63,998 bases of DNA, filler included, from Sanchytrium tribonematis (GCA_018985235.1; 16 parts of 16 records of this genome joined end to end with filler, not necessarily neighbours in it), one strand, 5' to 3'; shown: positions 20,419-32,273, counted from the first letter of the whole stretch. Program-made: numbers and translations. Notes: generated by a model not told the origin, from the letters alone.

Positions 20419-22300
20419 TAGGTCTAGTTTGACCCAAACGATGAACTCTGTCCATAGCTTGACTTTCTACAGCTCCATTCCACCATGGATCCTATATAAA
20501 CAAAAAATACCAATATAAAAACTTGATTTGCCTCTACCAAATTCAGTGCAACGCCTCCTGCCTTAAGAGATATTAAAAATACATTCACAGAAGGGTCAGT
20601 GCTAAATGTTTCAATTGCTGCGGCTCGCTTTTCTAATGACATACTGCCGTATAATTTTGCACATTTAAATCCTCCACGATTCAACCTCCATTGGCACAAA
20701 TCCAAAAAATTGGTAAATTGAGAGAACACAATGCTCTTTATATTATGATCCTGCTTACGGGAATGAGTCAGTTCTTCCAAAAGTCCCTCAATTTTTGTGC
20801 TACTCCTCCATTTTTTCATATCAATCTTGTTAATGATACTATTTTTTAAATATTCACCGTGTTTTTTCTTTTCTTTTTTATTCGGAGTATCATCTTCCAT
20901 TTCTGGATCCTCCAATGGATCTTGTTCCAAATCAATAGTAAGTTTAACATGGCATTGCGGACATTTTGCATTGGAAAATTCTAAATATTCAATAGCACAA
21001 AGTCTGCAAAATTTGTGTTTACATTTAGCTTGAATACAATCTTCAGCATGTTCAAAACAGACACTGCAAATGTGCTTGTCTTTATTTGTCTTGTGCTTAA
21101 GACTGACCATGTCGGGATGATTAGAAGCAAGCCTTAATCGACTAATCAGCTCAAAAATGTTAGCATAATTGTTAAGTACTGTGTTTTGTTCAACGTAAGT
21201 TTCAAATTGTCTCTTACTCTGTGAGTAAAGACTTTCATAAAAGTCAAGTTCCGCTTCATTGAATCTATCTCTTCTAACAATCACATTTTTTGGTGGAAGC
21301 CCTAAATCGTCGGCATTCGATAATTTAGTTCTTCTCAACATAACCTTGTCTAAAAGAGTTCTTAATCTTTTAAAGGCAATGCCACCATCGCCATTATTTG
21401 TTCCATATTGAGTAATTGGCTTCAAAATTTGAGTGTTCCAAAATGAAAAGTGAGACATCGAGGAATGATTACACTCAGAGCACTTATGAGAACCGATGCA
21501 TTGCCAAGTCAAAGATTTACAGGGACATTTTTGACAAAAATAGTAAGAAAATGGGTCAGCTTTGAGCACTCTAATAAGACCGTAGAGATCTCCTACTCTA
21601 TTTTGCAATGGGGTGCCAGTAAGTGACCATTTGTATTGACCAACAAGATCAAATACACTTTTTGCTGTGTTAGTTTGACGATCTTTAAAGGCATGAGCTT
21701 CGTCCAATATGATTCGATGCCAACTAATTTTGTGTAAAGGCGAAGGTTCTTTTCTTTTTTCCCCATTCCTAACAAATCCGTAATTTTGTCTTCTAAAGTC
21801 AGCTTCCAGCGTATTGTAACTTGTGATAATTAAATTGTAATTTTTAATATCCTTAATTATATTTTTTCGGTTTTGGCCATGATAAATTACAGGCTTTAAA
21901 ACTTCTAAATCTGTTTTGGTGCTTATCTCATTCAGCCACTGCCTCACAGCCACAGCAGGACAGACTACAAGAGTCATTCCAGGATCACTCAGTACTAGAC
22001 TCAGCATAGAGATGGTTTTGCCCATACCCATTTCATCAGCTAGAATACCACCTGAAAAAATAGAGTGCTCTTGTCTTCTCATCCAATTTAAACCTTCCAT
22101 TTGAAATTTTAAAAGACTGATAGTTAAACCGTGTGGTTGTTCACTGAGATTATGTATTTCAGCAGTTTCAAGCTTTGAGAGATTGTTCCAAATTTCCACA
22201 AGTTCCGGGTGTTGCTGCTCTCGTTGAGCTTTGGTATTTTTCCTTCTAGTTTCTTGAGCTTTTTTCTTAGTAGCTTCCCGCCTTTCTTGTCTTGCCTGAT
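20419..22300 (-). CDS. RAD16: SNF2/RING DNA repair ATPase, partial at both ends, one 19-nt intron
   Basis: GGILADEMGMGKT, ILDEAH, LTGTPLQNRVG, PFSYYFC insert, C3HC4 RING, WRSSTKIE, SLKAGGVALNL. After splicing it reads QVFIL|DPWWNGAVESQAMDRVHRLGQ. Confidence 0.92.
20492..20510 (-). other. 19-nt spliceosomal intron GTATTTTTTGTTTATATAG
   Basis: Removal restores the conserved SNF2 motif DPWWN...QAMDRVHRLGQ. Confidence 0.93.
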
Positions 22301-22400
22301 NNNNNNNNNNNNNNNNNNNNNNNNNNNNNNNNNNNNNNNNNNNNTTAATTAATTAANNNNNNNNNNNNNNNNNNNNNNNNNNNNNNNNNNNNNNNNNNNN

Positions 22401-22814
22401 TGCGAGTAGATCCACCAAGCAGAGGCCGTGTAGAGTTCATCGTCTTCGAGCCATCCATTCCAATCGTCATCACGCATCGCATTGAAGCCACGGAGATCCC
22501 CCCTGAAGTTGTCGTCGTAGATGTCCCTGCATTTAATCCTGCCGAACAGGGAGTTGTGATTGGATTTGCAGTCTCTGGAGGGTATTTTATTGTAATGTAG
22601 TATGATTATGATGATTGCAGGTGGATTAATTGCCTGGCTCGTGTATTCCAAAGTGTTATACAAACGATTTGATGCGCAATGGCGAAAGGAATTCTTGAGT
22701 GCAGAAATTAATGAGAATCCACTATATCAATCACTGGCTAAAGAATCATTTAATCCGCTCTATGAGCATGGCAGCAGCGTCGTTGTCTCTACAGCAGAAA
22801 TAAATCGCAAATGA
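22401..22814 (+). CDS. Single-pass membrane protein with a double-NPLY (beta-integrin/Sib-like) tail, 5' partial, one 19-nt intron
   Basis: Spliced translation ...PAEQGVVIGFAVSGG|MIMMIAGGLIAWLVYSKVLYKRFDAQWRKEFLSAEINENPLYQSLAKESFNPLYEHG... Confidence 0.75.
22582..22600 (+). other. 19-nt intron GTATTTTATTGTAATGTAG
   Basis: Joins an open upstream frame to ORF 22602..22814 and completes one TM helix. Matches the intron consensus. Confidence 0.85.
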
Positions 22815-22825
22815 TTTTATTGACT

Positions 22826-23905
22826 TTATGCGGCGGCTGCAACAGCAGACTTTTTATCGGGGGAACTTGATTCAACAAGAGGTGGGGTTTTTTGTCCCGC
22901 AGCAGTTACTTTATCGCCTCCAATATAAAAGGTAAAATGATTTTCCATAATTGGCGGTGAATTCTCTTTAGACTGTGAATTCCCTTTATGTCGCTTTGAT
23001 TGAGGATGAGGATCAACACCATCTTCGCTTTCACTGTCATTGTCACTCTCTTCATCATCACTTTCACTCTTTCTTTTGTTTCCCCCAGAATTCCTTGAAG
23101 CAACCTGTCCAGTAATCTGTCCAAGTGGTGTTCCAGATGTTGCTGTTGCTGGCATGCCACTTGGAATGGGTCTTATTGGTCCACTGGGTCTATTTTCTAC
23201 AAATTTTAATCTTTTTGGGACTTCACCTTCTTTTTGTTCTAATCCTGGTGGCAATTCCAATACAGGATCACTTTCTAGATTAAATCTATCAAATCTTGAT
23301 TTTAAGGAATTTATAACCTTTTCATACTCAAACGCATTCCAATCATTTTCAAACTTCGCTCGTTGTGCAGGATTCATATTCTTAAAAGCTGGAATTGCAG
23401 TGAATACCTTGTATTTAGAAGCCAACAAGCTAAATAAATAGCCCGCTTGTTCTTTAGTCAATTCCCCACCATCTTCAGAACCTGGTAGTTTATTGATAAA
23501 TGGTTCAAAATACATCCATGACAATTTATCTGAATGAAGAATTGCAAATTTATAAGCTTTTGAAGACAAAGATTTGATTCTATCAGTTAAAATATTCCAA
23601 CAATGATGGGAAGATGCTTCTTGACCAGTCATTAATTTGTGAATCAAAAAAATTTGAAAATCAGATTCCGTCATGGGTGGCAATTTAATGTCTTCACCAA
23701 ATCCCCTTCTATTTTCGATGCTTAGATCTACATTTGAAGTTTGGTTTTCTTCATCTTGATTTATAGGGCTACGCCATGTGATTCTTCCAGCGATATCATC
23801 GATGAAATCAGATGGAATGGGAGTCACATTTACATCTAATTGACTTTCGAAATATTTCTCATTATAATACTTGTATAATATTTCACAGTCACCCAGTAAT
23901 GCCAT
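22826..23905 (-). CDS. Hypothetical protein with an acidic/basic low-complexity C-terminus (likely nuclear)
   Basis: Long ORF. The start is probably MALLGD at ~23905, since the track's GTG start overlaps the opposite gene. NKRK and SKRHK NLS-like motifs. Confidence 0.6.
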   Translation of the reverse strand: MALLGDCEILYKYYNEKYFESQLDVNVTPIPSDFIDDIAGRITWRSPINQDEENQTSNVDLSIENRRGFGEDIKLPPMTESDFQIFLIHKLMTGQEASSHHCWNILTDRIKSLSSKAYKFAILHSDKLSWMYFEPFINKLPGSEDGGELTKEQAGYLFSLLASKYKVFTAIPAFKNMNPAQRAKFENDWNAFEYEKVINSLKSRFDRFNLESDPVLELPPGLEQKEGEVPKRLKFVENRPSGPIRPIPSGMPATATSGTPLGQITGQVASRNSGGNKRKSESDDEESDNDSESEDGVDPHPQSKRHKGNSQSKENSPPIMENHFTFYIGGDKVTAAGQKTPPLVESSSPDKKSAVAAAA

Positions 23906-24106
23906 TGCAACAATGAAATTCTTAAACTTATTCCGAAACTTACGGGTAATGTGATTGTTTAAAGATGGGTTGTTATTATTGGTTGCAAAAGTGACAACAA
24001 AGTACAATAAATTACAGAGTATTATGCAGTTATTCATTGAGTTATAAATTCTAAGAATTTCAATTGGAAAGATTAATGCCATTAGAATCAAATTTGAGAA
24101 TGCCCC

Positions 24107-24281
24107 ATGTTTGGTCAAATCACTCGAGTATTTCGAAATGTCTCTAAATCAAAAACAACCACTAATAATGCATTAAATCAGTCCAAATCATCTGCAAATA
24201 TCAATACTACACCTACACATCCATCCAAATCACCAAAAACATCCAAAATGGAAGAAGAATTTAATGGACCTAAAGGACCTG
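24107..24281 (+). CDS. Succinate dehydrogenase assembly factor 4-like (DUF1674), 3' partial
   Basis: Mitochondrial-type basic presequence followed by EEFNGPKGP(E), the start of the GPKGPEPTRYGDW motif. Confidence 0.7.
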
Positions 24282-24381
24282 NNNNNNNNNNNNNNNNNNN
24301 NNNNNNNNNNNNNNNNNNNNNNNNNTTAATTAATTAANNNNNNNNNNNNNNNNNNNNNNNNNNNNNNNNNNNNNNNNNNNN

Positions 24382-25412
24382 CCCTTTATTCTCAAGGTAT
24401 TCAAATTTCTTTGCGAAAAAAAGAAATTGATAAGGCATGGGAGATTCTTAAAGAATTTCGATTGAGCAAAGGATTTCCAGACACTGTTATTTATACTCAA
24501 ATGATTCAAGCAGCAGCAATGCAGAATTCCGCCGAGAAAGCACTTGATTTATACAATGAATTAGTCAATAATGGATTCGAAGTGAACAGTAGGACATACC
24601 AAGCCTTATTGCAAGCTTTGTCTAATCGTGAAGCATTTGCAGATCGTGTGTTTAAAATAATTAATCAAATGGAAGCAAATAACATAAAATTGAATGAATT
24701 TCACGCAATTAATATCATTGGAGCTTGTGGCAAATTGAGAGATTTAAGCACCGCCAAGAAGTACTGGAATGATTTTATAAATGAAGACCATAAAGCCCAC
24801 CAAAGTATGTACCTTAAATTAATGTGGGGCTATTATTTTGTACTCAGCAAAAAACTGAGTCTTGCCAAACTCGAAGATAGAAACAAAATTGCTGAGAATT
24901 TATCCATTTGTGATACAATCGAGGCCAATACTTTTTTGAAATTAGATGAAGAAGACGTTCAAAATCTATACAATGAAGCATTCACCTTAAAAGAAAAGTT
25001 TGGAGTCTGTGATCCATACATCAAATTGATGTGCTTAATAAGTGAGTCGGTGGCATTTGAAAGTTTAGATGTCATGAATGAGTACAGATTAAAAGATTTA
25101 ATTAAATCTTGTTCCTTGTTTGGAAATACAGATTTTGCAATTGAATTATTTACGAAATACAAGTATCCCTCTTTAAAAATCAAATTTGAAGTGATTAATA
25201 TGCTCGCAAAACATAAAAAATTAGCAGAAGCCATGAAATTGGCAATCTCCATACAAAATCCTAGATTTGATGACTTCAGATTATTATTTAAGGCCTGCTC
25301 AAATAACAAAGAACTATTGAGAATCTTCGTAAAATTATTTGAACATCCACTCGATAGACGGCATGTCCTGCGTATTAAAAAAAGAATTGCTGAAGTTTCT
25401 AATGATATGTAA
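24382..25412 (+). CDS. Pentatricopeptide repeat (PPR) protein, 5' partial
   Basis: PDTVIYTQMIQA..AEKALDLYNEL..GFEVNSRTYQALLQA PPR motifs. Confidence 0.8.
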
Positions 25413-25449
25413 ATTTTATGAATAAATTTTTATTTTTGATTTTGGAACC

Positions 25450-26064
25450 ATGACAAAAACCAAAAAAATATTGAGGAAAGAATCCAGTCTGGATTCATTG
25501 ATTTCTTTGGGAGATACTACCTTTAATATACAAGGGCTTCAAAAGTGCGACTATCTCCTTTCAAATGCCTATCCCTTAATTGTAAATCGAAAAAATTCAG
25601 AGGTTATTTTGCATCGTTTACATGAAGAGTATGGTTTTCATATAAAGTGCATTATAGATAATAATAGCCATAGAGCAATTAATCGTAATGACCTGGGCCA
25701 TAATCTAATGTCTTGTCAAAACATTACTTTGGAGAGTCCAGCTTGTAAGCCCAAAGCTATTGAAAACACCGATGTACTAGTTGTTTATGCATTCAAAAAT
25801 ATGAAAAATTATTCCCTTCGAGTAAAAAAGCAGTACAAATTTAATTATCTGATTTATGTGAGTGATTATTACGACTCAAAATTTAATCATTTTCTAAACA
25901 ACATATTTACACCACTTCATGAAGCACCACCAAAAAATATTGACAACAACTATTACAAAAGCATTTATAAATCCCTTCAAGTTAATTTAAGACCGAAGCA
26001 CTACTTTTTTACCTTGAAATGTTTTCGCAGACTTGACAAACCTGTGCACGAAGATAAAATTTAG
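25450..26064 (+). CDS. Hypothetical protein
   Basis: 204-aa ATG ORF filling the intergenic space; no recognised motif. Confidence 0.55.
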   Translation: MTKTKKILRKESSLDSLISLGDTTFNIQGLQKCDYLLSNAYPLIVNRKNSEVILHRLHEEYGFHIKCIIDNNSHRAINRNDLGHNLMSCQNITLESPACKPKAIENTDVLVVYAFKNMKNYSLRVKKQYKFNYLIYVSDYYDSKFNHFLNNIFTPLHEAPPKNIDNNYYKSIYKSLQVNLRPKHYFFTLKCFRRLDKPVHEDKI

Positions 26065-26076
26065 CAAAAAATAAAT

Positions 26077-26253
26077 TTATTTTAGGCTGTATTTAACAAC
26101 AGTTCCTTCCTCAGAGGCGCAAACAGCTATTCCATTTTCAATATTTATACCACGGATCACTTCTAAATGAGCTGTTGTCGCCATTTTAATGGGCAAAAGA
26201 GAATCTTCTTGTATAGCAAAAATTCCTACAAAATATTCTTCATTGAATTCTAA
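26077..26253 (-). CDS. WD40-repeat protein C-terminus, 5' partial
   Basis: Manual translation ...AHLEVIRGINIENGIAVCASEEGTVVKYSLK*. Confidence 0.55.
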   Translation of the reverse strand, partial: LEFNEEYFVGIFAIQEDSLLPIKMATTAHLEVIRGINIENGIAVCASEEGTVVKYSLK

Positions 26254-26920
26254 NNNNNNNNNNNNNNNNNNNNNNNNNNNNNNNNNNNNNNNNNNNNTTA
26301 ATTAATTAANNNNNNNNNNNNNNNNNNNNNNNNNNNNNNNNNNNNNNNNNNNNTCAGATCCGTCTTTAAGAGTCACAAATGCAGCGTTATAGTTATATTC
26401 GAAATCAGAATTTTTCTTGAATTCAATCACTGGTAAAGATTGATTAACTCGCGTGGCAGTAACCTCATAACTTAAGTTCATAAATTTGTTTCGGACGTCA
26501 CTAGATGTAATGCATTTAACTCATGCTTTTTAATCGTAAAAGCCGAATCGATTTATAATTTTTGAGAGCATGTATTTCTAGAGAATAACAGCGTGAAATA
26601 AATTGGTGTCTCAAATAATTTTTAAATTGTTTCAAGAAAGTAGTTAAATTATCAATTGACGCATTAATTGAACTTCATTTTATTTCCATACTTTTTAATT
26701 GTGACAAAATCTTCTGGCAACATCCCAATTTGAACTTATTGCGAGCTTGATTCTGTCCTACTTTTTAGGACTTGTTTGATTGTTGCTTTTAACAACTGGT
26801 CCAGGTTTTACTGCCATAGAAGTGCGCGATAACATGTTTTTGAGAAGACTGACATGTGAAAGGATGATTGGTTCGAAACCAATTTAGCCAATATAAAGGG
26901 AACGAACCTTTTATTCTCCA

Positions 26921-27583
26921 ATGTTTCTGCAAAAACGAGATAGCACGGAAAGTCTTTCTACTGAATTTTCAGACCACGTAGCATTATTTAGCACTTCAGC
27001 GGTATTTTTGATCATTGCTGGAATCCTGTTGGTTGTTCGTGGCTACAAGCTTTACCGAATTGCAATTATGTTGGCCTCAGGTGTTTTTTTGGCCAGTGTC
27101 AGTGTTTCTATTGCATTATCCATTGACCAAAATATCAAAGATACAACTTTGTTGATTATTGGAATAGTCACTGGTGTGCTGGGCGCAATTATTGGGTACA
27201 AATTTTACAGATTTTGTTTGACGATTTTAGGTGCCCTGGCCGGTATCTATTTGGCCAACGTTATTCTTGCATTAAAGCAGCCTATTCTTATTGAAAGCCA
27301 GATTGGTCGAATTATTTTAGTCATCGCTTTGGCAATTGTTGGGGCAGTCTTGATAAACAAAGTTGAGAAAGTTGCTGTTGTTGGAGCGACTTCTATTATT
27401 GGAAGTTATTTCATCATGCTTGCCATTGATTTGTTTGCAAATTGGGGATTCAGAAATGCAGTCATGTTGTGGAAAACTGGAAACTTTGAAGTGTCAGACG
27501 ACAAGGCTTACATTTTGATAGCGGGCTTCATTTTGGTGTCTATCTTCGGCTTCGTCATACAAAGAAGATCTCTCAAGAGTTAA
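26921..27583 (+). CDS. TM7SF3/TMEM198-like (DUF4203) membrane protein
   Basis: GYKLYR..., ATSIIGSYFIMLAIDLF, about 7 TM helices. Confidence 0.75.
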   Translation: MFLQKRDSTESLSTEFSDHVALFSTSAVFLIIAGILLVVRGYKLYRIAIMLASGVFLASVSVSIALSIDQNIKDTTLLIIGIVTGVLGAIIGYKFYRFCLTILGALAGIYLANVILALKQPILIESQIGRIILVIALAIVGAVLINKVEKVAVVGATSIIGSYFIMLAIDLFANWGFRNAVMLWKTGNFEVSDDKAYILIAGFILVSIFGFVIQRRSLKS

Positions 27584-27662
27584 ATCAAGATTCACATATC
27601 TAAAATAAATGATGCATGTGATTTATAATTTTTAATCATTGTTTTTTGAAACAACTTTCGAA

Positions 27663-28222
27663 ATGTCTGCAACTCCCACAGATCCACGAATTCATGCATT
27701 GGCTGGAACATTTGGTGGCTTAACGAGCACCCTAATTACCTACCCCTTGGTCTCGTTGTCTACCAGATTGCAAACCAATTCACAGTCTAAGCATTCCTTG
27801 TACGCTGGGATTGAATCCGCATTGTTTGGAATTAGTATCACCAATTTTATATACTATTTTGTATATGAGAGCTTAGACTTGGCTGCATTATTGAGAAGCT
27901 CAGCAGCCGGAGCAATCACTGCTGTTTCTACAAACCCAATTTGGGTGATAAATGCAAGATTGACCAACAAGAAAATGTCATTTATGGACTGCATTTCAGA
28001 AATTAGCAACGAAGGTTTTCTATCTCTTTTCAAGGGTGTATTACCTAGTCTGATTCTGGTCTCTAATCCAGTCATTCAATATACATTGTATGAAAGATGG
28101 ATTGCCAAAACTAGCAAATCTTACAAAATGGTATTCTTGGTGGCCGCATTAACAAAATTAATCGCTACATTTATTACTTATCCATACCTTGTGATTAAAA
28201 GTAGACAACAGGTGGACAAGGG
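27663..28222 (+). CDS. Mitochondrial carrier family protein, peroxisomal nucleotide carrier-like (PMP34/PMP47 type), 3' partial
   Basis: TYPL..LSTRLQ, TNPIWVINARL, LVSNPVIQYTLYE, TYPYLVIKSRQQ carrier signatures. Confidence 0.8.
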
Positions 28223-28323
28223 NNNNNNNNNNNNNNNNNNNNNNNNNNNNNNNNNNNNNNNNNNNNTTAATTAATTAANNNNNNNNNNNNNNNNNNNNNN
28301 NNNNNNNNNNNNNNNNNNNNNNT

Positions 28324-29295
28324 TCTTACCATGTTCGCTTTCCGTATGGTATTTTCACGACTTATTATGAATGGAGAATCTTTTGGTTTGAGGACAGCGA
28401 CATTCCATCAAAAATGACAGACAAATATGCCTTTGATGAATATTGTGAGAATACCAAAGATAGTCAGTGTGGGATTGAAGGAAATGTTAAAGTATATATG
28501 TCTAGAATCTACAGGTACGACGAATCAGATCTGATAGAATTATTAGTGAGTCTAATGTACAAAGTCAGTCAGACACCAACTTCGATTCCGGATAGACTGG
28601 CACAAATACAATTAAAATGTGTCTGCGTTTCTCCAAACTCACTTGAATTCAAATCACTTCCAACAAATTTAATTGAAAATGAAACCCCATTTTCATATGA
28701 CATGCCAAGTGCACGTTGTACTCAATTTTACATTTTACATTGGAACCATAGGGGTGGAGATGGAACTGTAGCCATTTGCTGCTCACCAAATGGTAATTTG
28801 GGGGTATTAAAGTTTTTTCATAATCTTGAAAATGAGAATGAAATAATTAAAGAAAGAGACCGTTGGAATCTATTGTGGGCCACTAATTGTCGCATTGTCA
28901 AGGCCAATAATAAAACAGCACTTTTGATGCCGTTTGCAATTCATATTAGGACCATTGAAAATCAGCACATATTTTGCGGATTGAATTCTTGGAATAGTCG
29001 ACAAGTTGAAACACTACAATTTTTGGAATCAGAAATGAGCATCAAAATTGGAATGGAACTCTTGAAAAATTATCAGACAGAACCTCTTGCAGTTTTTAAA
29101 TCTGCTTACCAAGAAATGCTAAATGCAAATATTGTTCATGATGACATCAAATGGTCTCATGTTGCACTTTTACCAGTCAAAATCAGTAGCACTTATAAAT
29201 TGAAACCAATTTTGATAGACTTGACACGGACAAGACCTTTGACAGATTCTAAAGAAATTGAAATGGAACGCGCCTTGAAGGAACTTGATCAATAA
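28324..29295 (+). CDS. Crinkler/CR-effector-like REase plus kinase-like protein, 5' partial
   Basis: Frame open from the contig start: PYGIFTTYYEWRIFW, then GGDGTV, GVLKFF, LLMPF, HDDIKWSHV, PILIDL. Confidence 0.55.
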   Translation, partial: SYHVRFPYGIFTTYYEWRIFWFEDSDIPSKMTDKYAFDEYCENTKDSQCGIEGNVKVYMSRIYRYDESDLIELLVSLMYKVSQTPTSIPDRLAQIQLKCVCVSPNSLEFKSLPTNLIENETPFSYDMPSARCTQFYILHWNHRGGDGTVAICCSPNGNLGVLKFFHNLENENEIIKERDRWNLLWATNCRIVKANNKTALLMPFAIHIRTIENQHIFCGLNSWNSRQVETLQFLESEMSIKIGMELLKNYQTEPLAVFKSAYQEMLNANIVHDDIKWSHVALLPVKISSTYKLKPILIDLTRTRPLTDSKEIEMERALKELDQ

Positions 29296-29453
29296 ATTGA
29301 ATGTAGGTAGTTGGCTTAATGCGATAGCTTGTCGTTCAATGTTTTTAATTTAGACACTTTGTTGTTAAATTGAGCCTTGATTTTGATTAAGACGTAAAAT
29401 TTAATCATAAATCTTTGTATCATTGCATTATAATGGGTTGTAGAAGATTTAAG

Positions 29454-29813
29454 TTAAAAGAATTTTCTAATGTTATTCTGTGCAAACTTGATATTCTCTT
29501 CAACCAAGCTCTTAGCGCGAGGTTGTCTAAACTTATATCTTTGAACCTTGATTTGTAGATCTCGTATGATAGCCTTTATTTCCTCTTTCCGCGTCTTTGA
29601 TAATTTCCATGGTCTTGTAGTATCAATCAAAGCTCTTCCATACAGCTCACTTGAAGCTTTACAAATATCTGATATTATTTGTGTTTGTATGTACCTCTCT
29701 TCCATTGTGAATGGATTAGCAACAGCGCATAATTTAAAAGTAACAGCTAAATCATCCAACCACATCCCTTTGTTTTGACTTAAGAAAAATTCGATGTTTA
29801 GCCATCTGGACAA
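29454..29813 (-). CDS. Hypothetical protein or fragment
   Basis: 119-aa ORF with a non-ATG start and no motif. Confidence 0.3.
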   Translation of the reverse strand: MSRWLNIEFFLSQNKGMWLDDLAVTFKLCAVANPFTMEERYIQTQIISDICKASSELYGRALIDTTRPWKLSKTRKEEIKAIIRDLQIKVQRYKFRQPRAKSLVEENIKFAQNNIRKFF

Positions 29814-30430
29814 TCATAATTCTACTTTTTTGAATAGGTATGTATGCTTATATATATTAAAGTCTTTAAATGAAGTATAGAAATTAAAAATTAAACGATT
29901 TTGTAAATTCGCTTTTTTTTCAAATAACTTGTCGTTCATCGTTTCTCAAGTAGGATCACAGTGTAGGACTGTAGTTATTGGATATTTGTCAAGGGAATTC
30001 AAATTTAAAATTGCATTATGGATGTTTTGTGGAAAAATAAATAAAATTTTGAAAAAGGAGTAAACATTGGAGATGGCTGAATTTCCAGCAGTTTTGCCAC
30101 TCAGTGGGTCTATTTGGCAATCACTACTAGAGCAATATAGTGAAGACCACCAATTAATATCACAAATTTTCACTCACGTATTAAAATCANNNNNNNNNNN
30201 NNNNNNNNNNNNNNNNNNNNNNNNNNNNNNNNNTTAATTAATTAANNNNNNNNNNNNNNNNNNNNNNNNNNNNNNNNNNNNNNNNNNNNAAGATAAGTTG
30301 TCTGACGATCAACGAAACATTTACAATGACTTCCTGGATCACTCGAAAGCCCCTGAAGATAAAATTGAATAAATTTAGATGTTAGACAAAATTAAAAGCT
30401 TTAAAACTACTTAGTCTATATTGTATTTAA

Positions 30431-30865
30431 TCAATTTATTATAAAATCAATGCAGGAATCATACCATTCATCAAATTCGCCATTTTGTTCAATGATCAAA
30501 TTTAATCTCAAAATGCATTCTGTGCATAAAATCTTGTCCTTTATCAAGTCAATACGCACTATATCCCCTAATAAACAGTCCTGTTCCATCAAATACATGT
30601 AATTATTCAAATTAGTGCGATCTGCAATCCACCAATTGCATTTGCCACTAAATTGAAATGAGGGATCTATTGGCTTTTTAATGACTTTAAATTCATTCAT
30701 CCCATATTTAAGTGATTGTGGTTCTATAGGAGGTACGCCGAGACATGATTTGGGATATACTTTTAATTTGTTTTTAGAGTAAAATCTATATTTTGGATCA
30801 ATATGAAATTGTTCTCTGGAATCTTGAATGTAGAATATGCTATATAATATGGAGTGTAGTAGCAT
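30431..30865 (-). CDS. Hypothetical protein
   Basis: 144-aa ATG ORF with a hydrophobic N-terminus. Confidence 0.5.
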   Translation of the reverse strand: MLLHSILYSIFYIQDSREQFHIDPKYRFYSKNKLKVYPKSCLGVPPIEPQSLKYGMNEFKVIKKPIDPSFQFSGKCNWWIADRTNLNNYMYLMEQDCLLGDIVRIDLIKDKILCTECILRLNLIIEQNGEFDEWYDSCIDFIIN

Positions 30866-30962
30866 GTAGATTATGAGTCAATAGTAAAAGAAAGGGAGAA
30901 ATTTCTGTTTTGTAAGTGAAAAATGAATTATTTGCCAATCACCAATCAAGCATTTTATTTAC

Positions 30963-32153
30963 TCAAAATAATGAAATCGCTTTGCTTGTAGTACTACTAG
31001 TCATTCTCAAATCTGGACTATTCGATGGTTTTCTCCTAGTTGGCATTTTAGCCACTACAAATCCAAATATAATCAAATCCAATCCTGCTCTTGCAAATTG
31101 TAAAATACTCAATTTTACCTCAAATGCAGTGGCTGATCCACTCCATTCTCCTTTAATGGTGACTTGAATTGTGGATATTTGACTTGGTTCTGTAGTATAT
31201 GTGCTTGTCGAGTCAATTTGTAGTTCAGTTGTGGTACTTTTTGACATTGTCGTTGTCTTTAAAGCAATCACTGGTCCTATATTATTATAAATAACGTGTC
31301 AATATGGTTACTACCTTGCTAATGGCTGTACTTGTCGATTCCGACTTGCTTGTTTGTAATACCACTGAACTAGTTGAACTAGTAGATTCAATGGTTATTA
31401 ATTTACTAGAAGTCATGACTGGATTGCACTGGATCCCAGGATTTGTAAAGAAACCCACTTTACTGCAATATGGTGGTAAATTATCCACTCCCAACAATGG
31501 ATTATTATCCAAAACACAATCATTCAACATTGATTTATCTAAAATACTTACATCTGTGAAATTATTATTTGCAATTTCAATAAATCCAGGTTTCTGTAAT
31601 TTTATTGGTCCTTGAAACTTGTTATTGTACAAATAACACATATCACACGACAATGTCGCATTTAGACACCCACTAAATTGATTATCGTTAATAATCAAAT
31701 ACACAATTTGCTGTAATAATTGTTGTGGAAATGGACCATAAAAATGATTTGAATCTAAATAAATCTTTTGTAATGATTTGGGCCATGTTGTCATTAATAC
31801 ACCACTTAATAGATTATCTGTGAGTGAATAATATTGGATTTGATTTGGGACATGGGTAATATTGCCAGTTAACAAGTTACTTTCCAATGAAACAGAAATT
31901 AATGAATCCGGTAAATAATTCACTTGTCCGTTGAATTGGTTGTTAAATCCTTGTAATTGAGTCAATCCAGATGGCAATGATGGGAAACTACCAGTAAATG
32001 CATTGTAAGATAAATACAATTCTGTCAATCCAGGTGGCAACACAGGAATAGAAGCATTTAGATAATAATTTGCTGTCAAATCTAGAAATGTCAAACTAGT
32101 TGGTAATGTACTTGGAATAGATCCGTATAATCTATTTGAATTCAAATCAAGGA
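30963..32153 (-). CDS. LRR receptor-like protein, 5' partial, one 19-nt intron
   Basis: LPxGLTxLxLxxNxFxG repeats and a CVLDNNPL C-cap. Splicing joins the stalk to the TM-containing ORF 30963..31271. Confidence 0.85.
31277..31295 (-). other. 19-nt intron GTTATTTATAATAATATAG
   Basis: Removes in-frame stops and gives LT-R-PVIALK in frame with the downstream TM exon. Confidence 0.85.
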
Positions 32154-32273
32154 NNNNNNNNNNNNNNNNNNNNNNNNNNNNNNNNNNNNNNNNNNNNTTA
32201 ATTAATTAANNNNNNNNNNNNNNNNNNNNNNNNNNNNNNNNNNNNNNNNNNNNTTAAAGTTCCCAAAGAGGAC

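Noticed and set aside
32254..32273. 20-bp inverted copy of 32533-32552 giving UTP14 an early stop (GPLWEL*)
   Set aside because: It sits exactly at a contig end and looks like a fold-back chimera (amplification or assembly artefact), not a real truncation.
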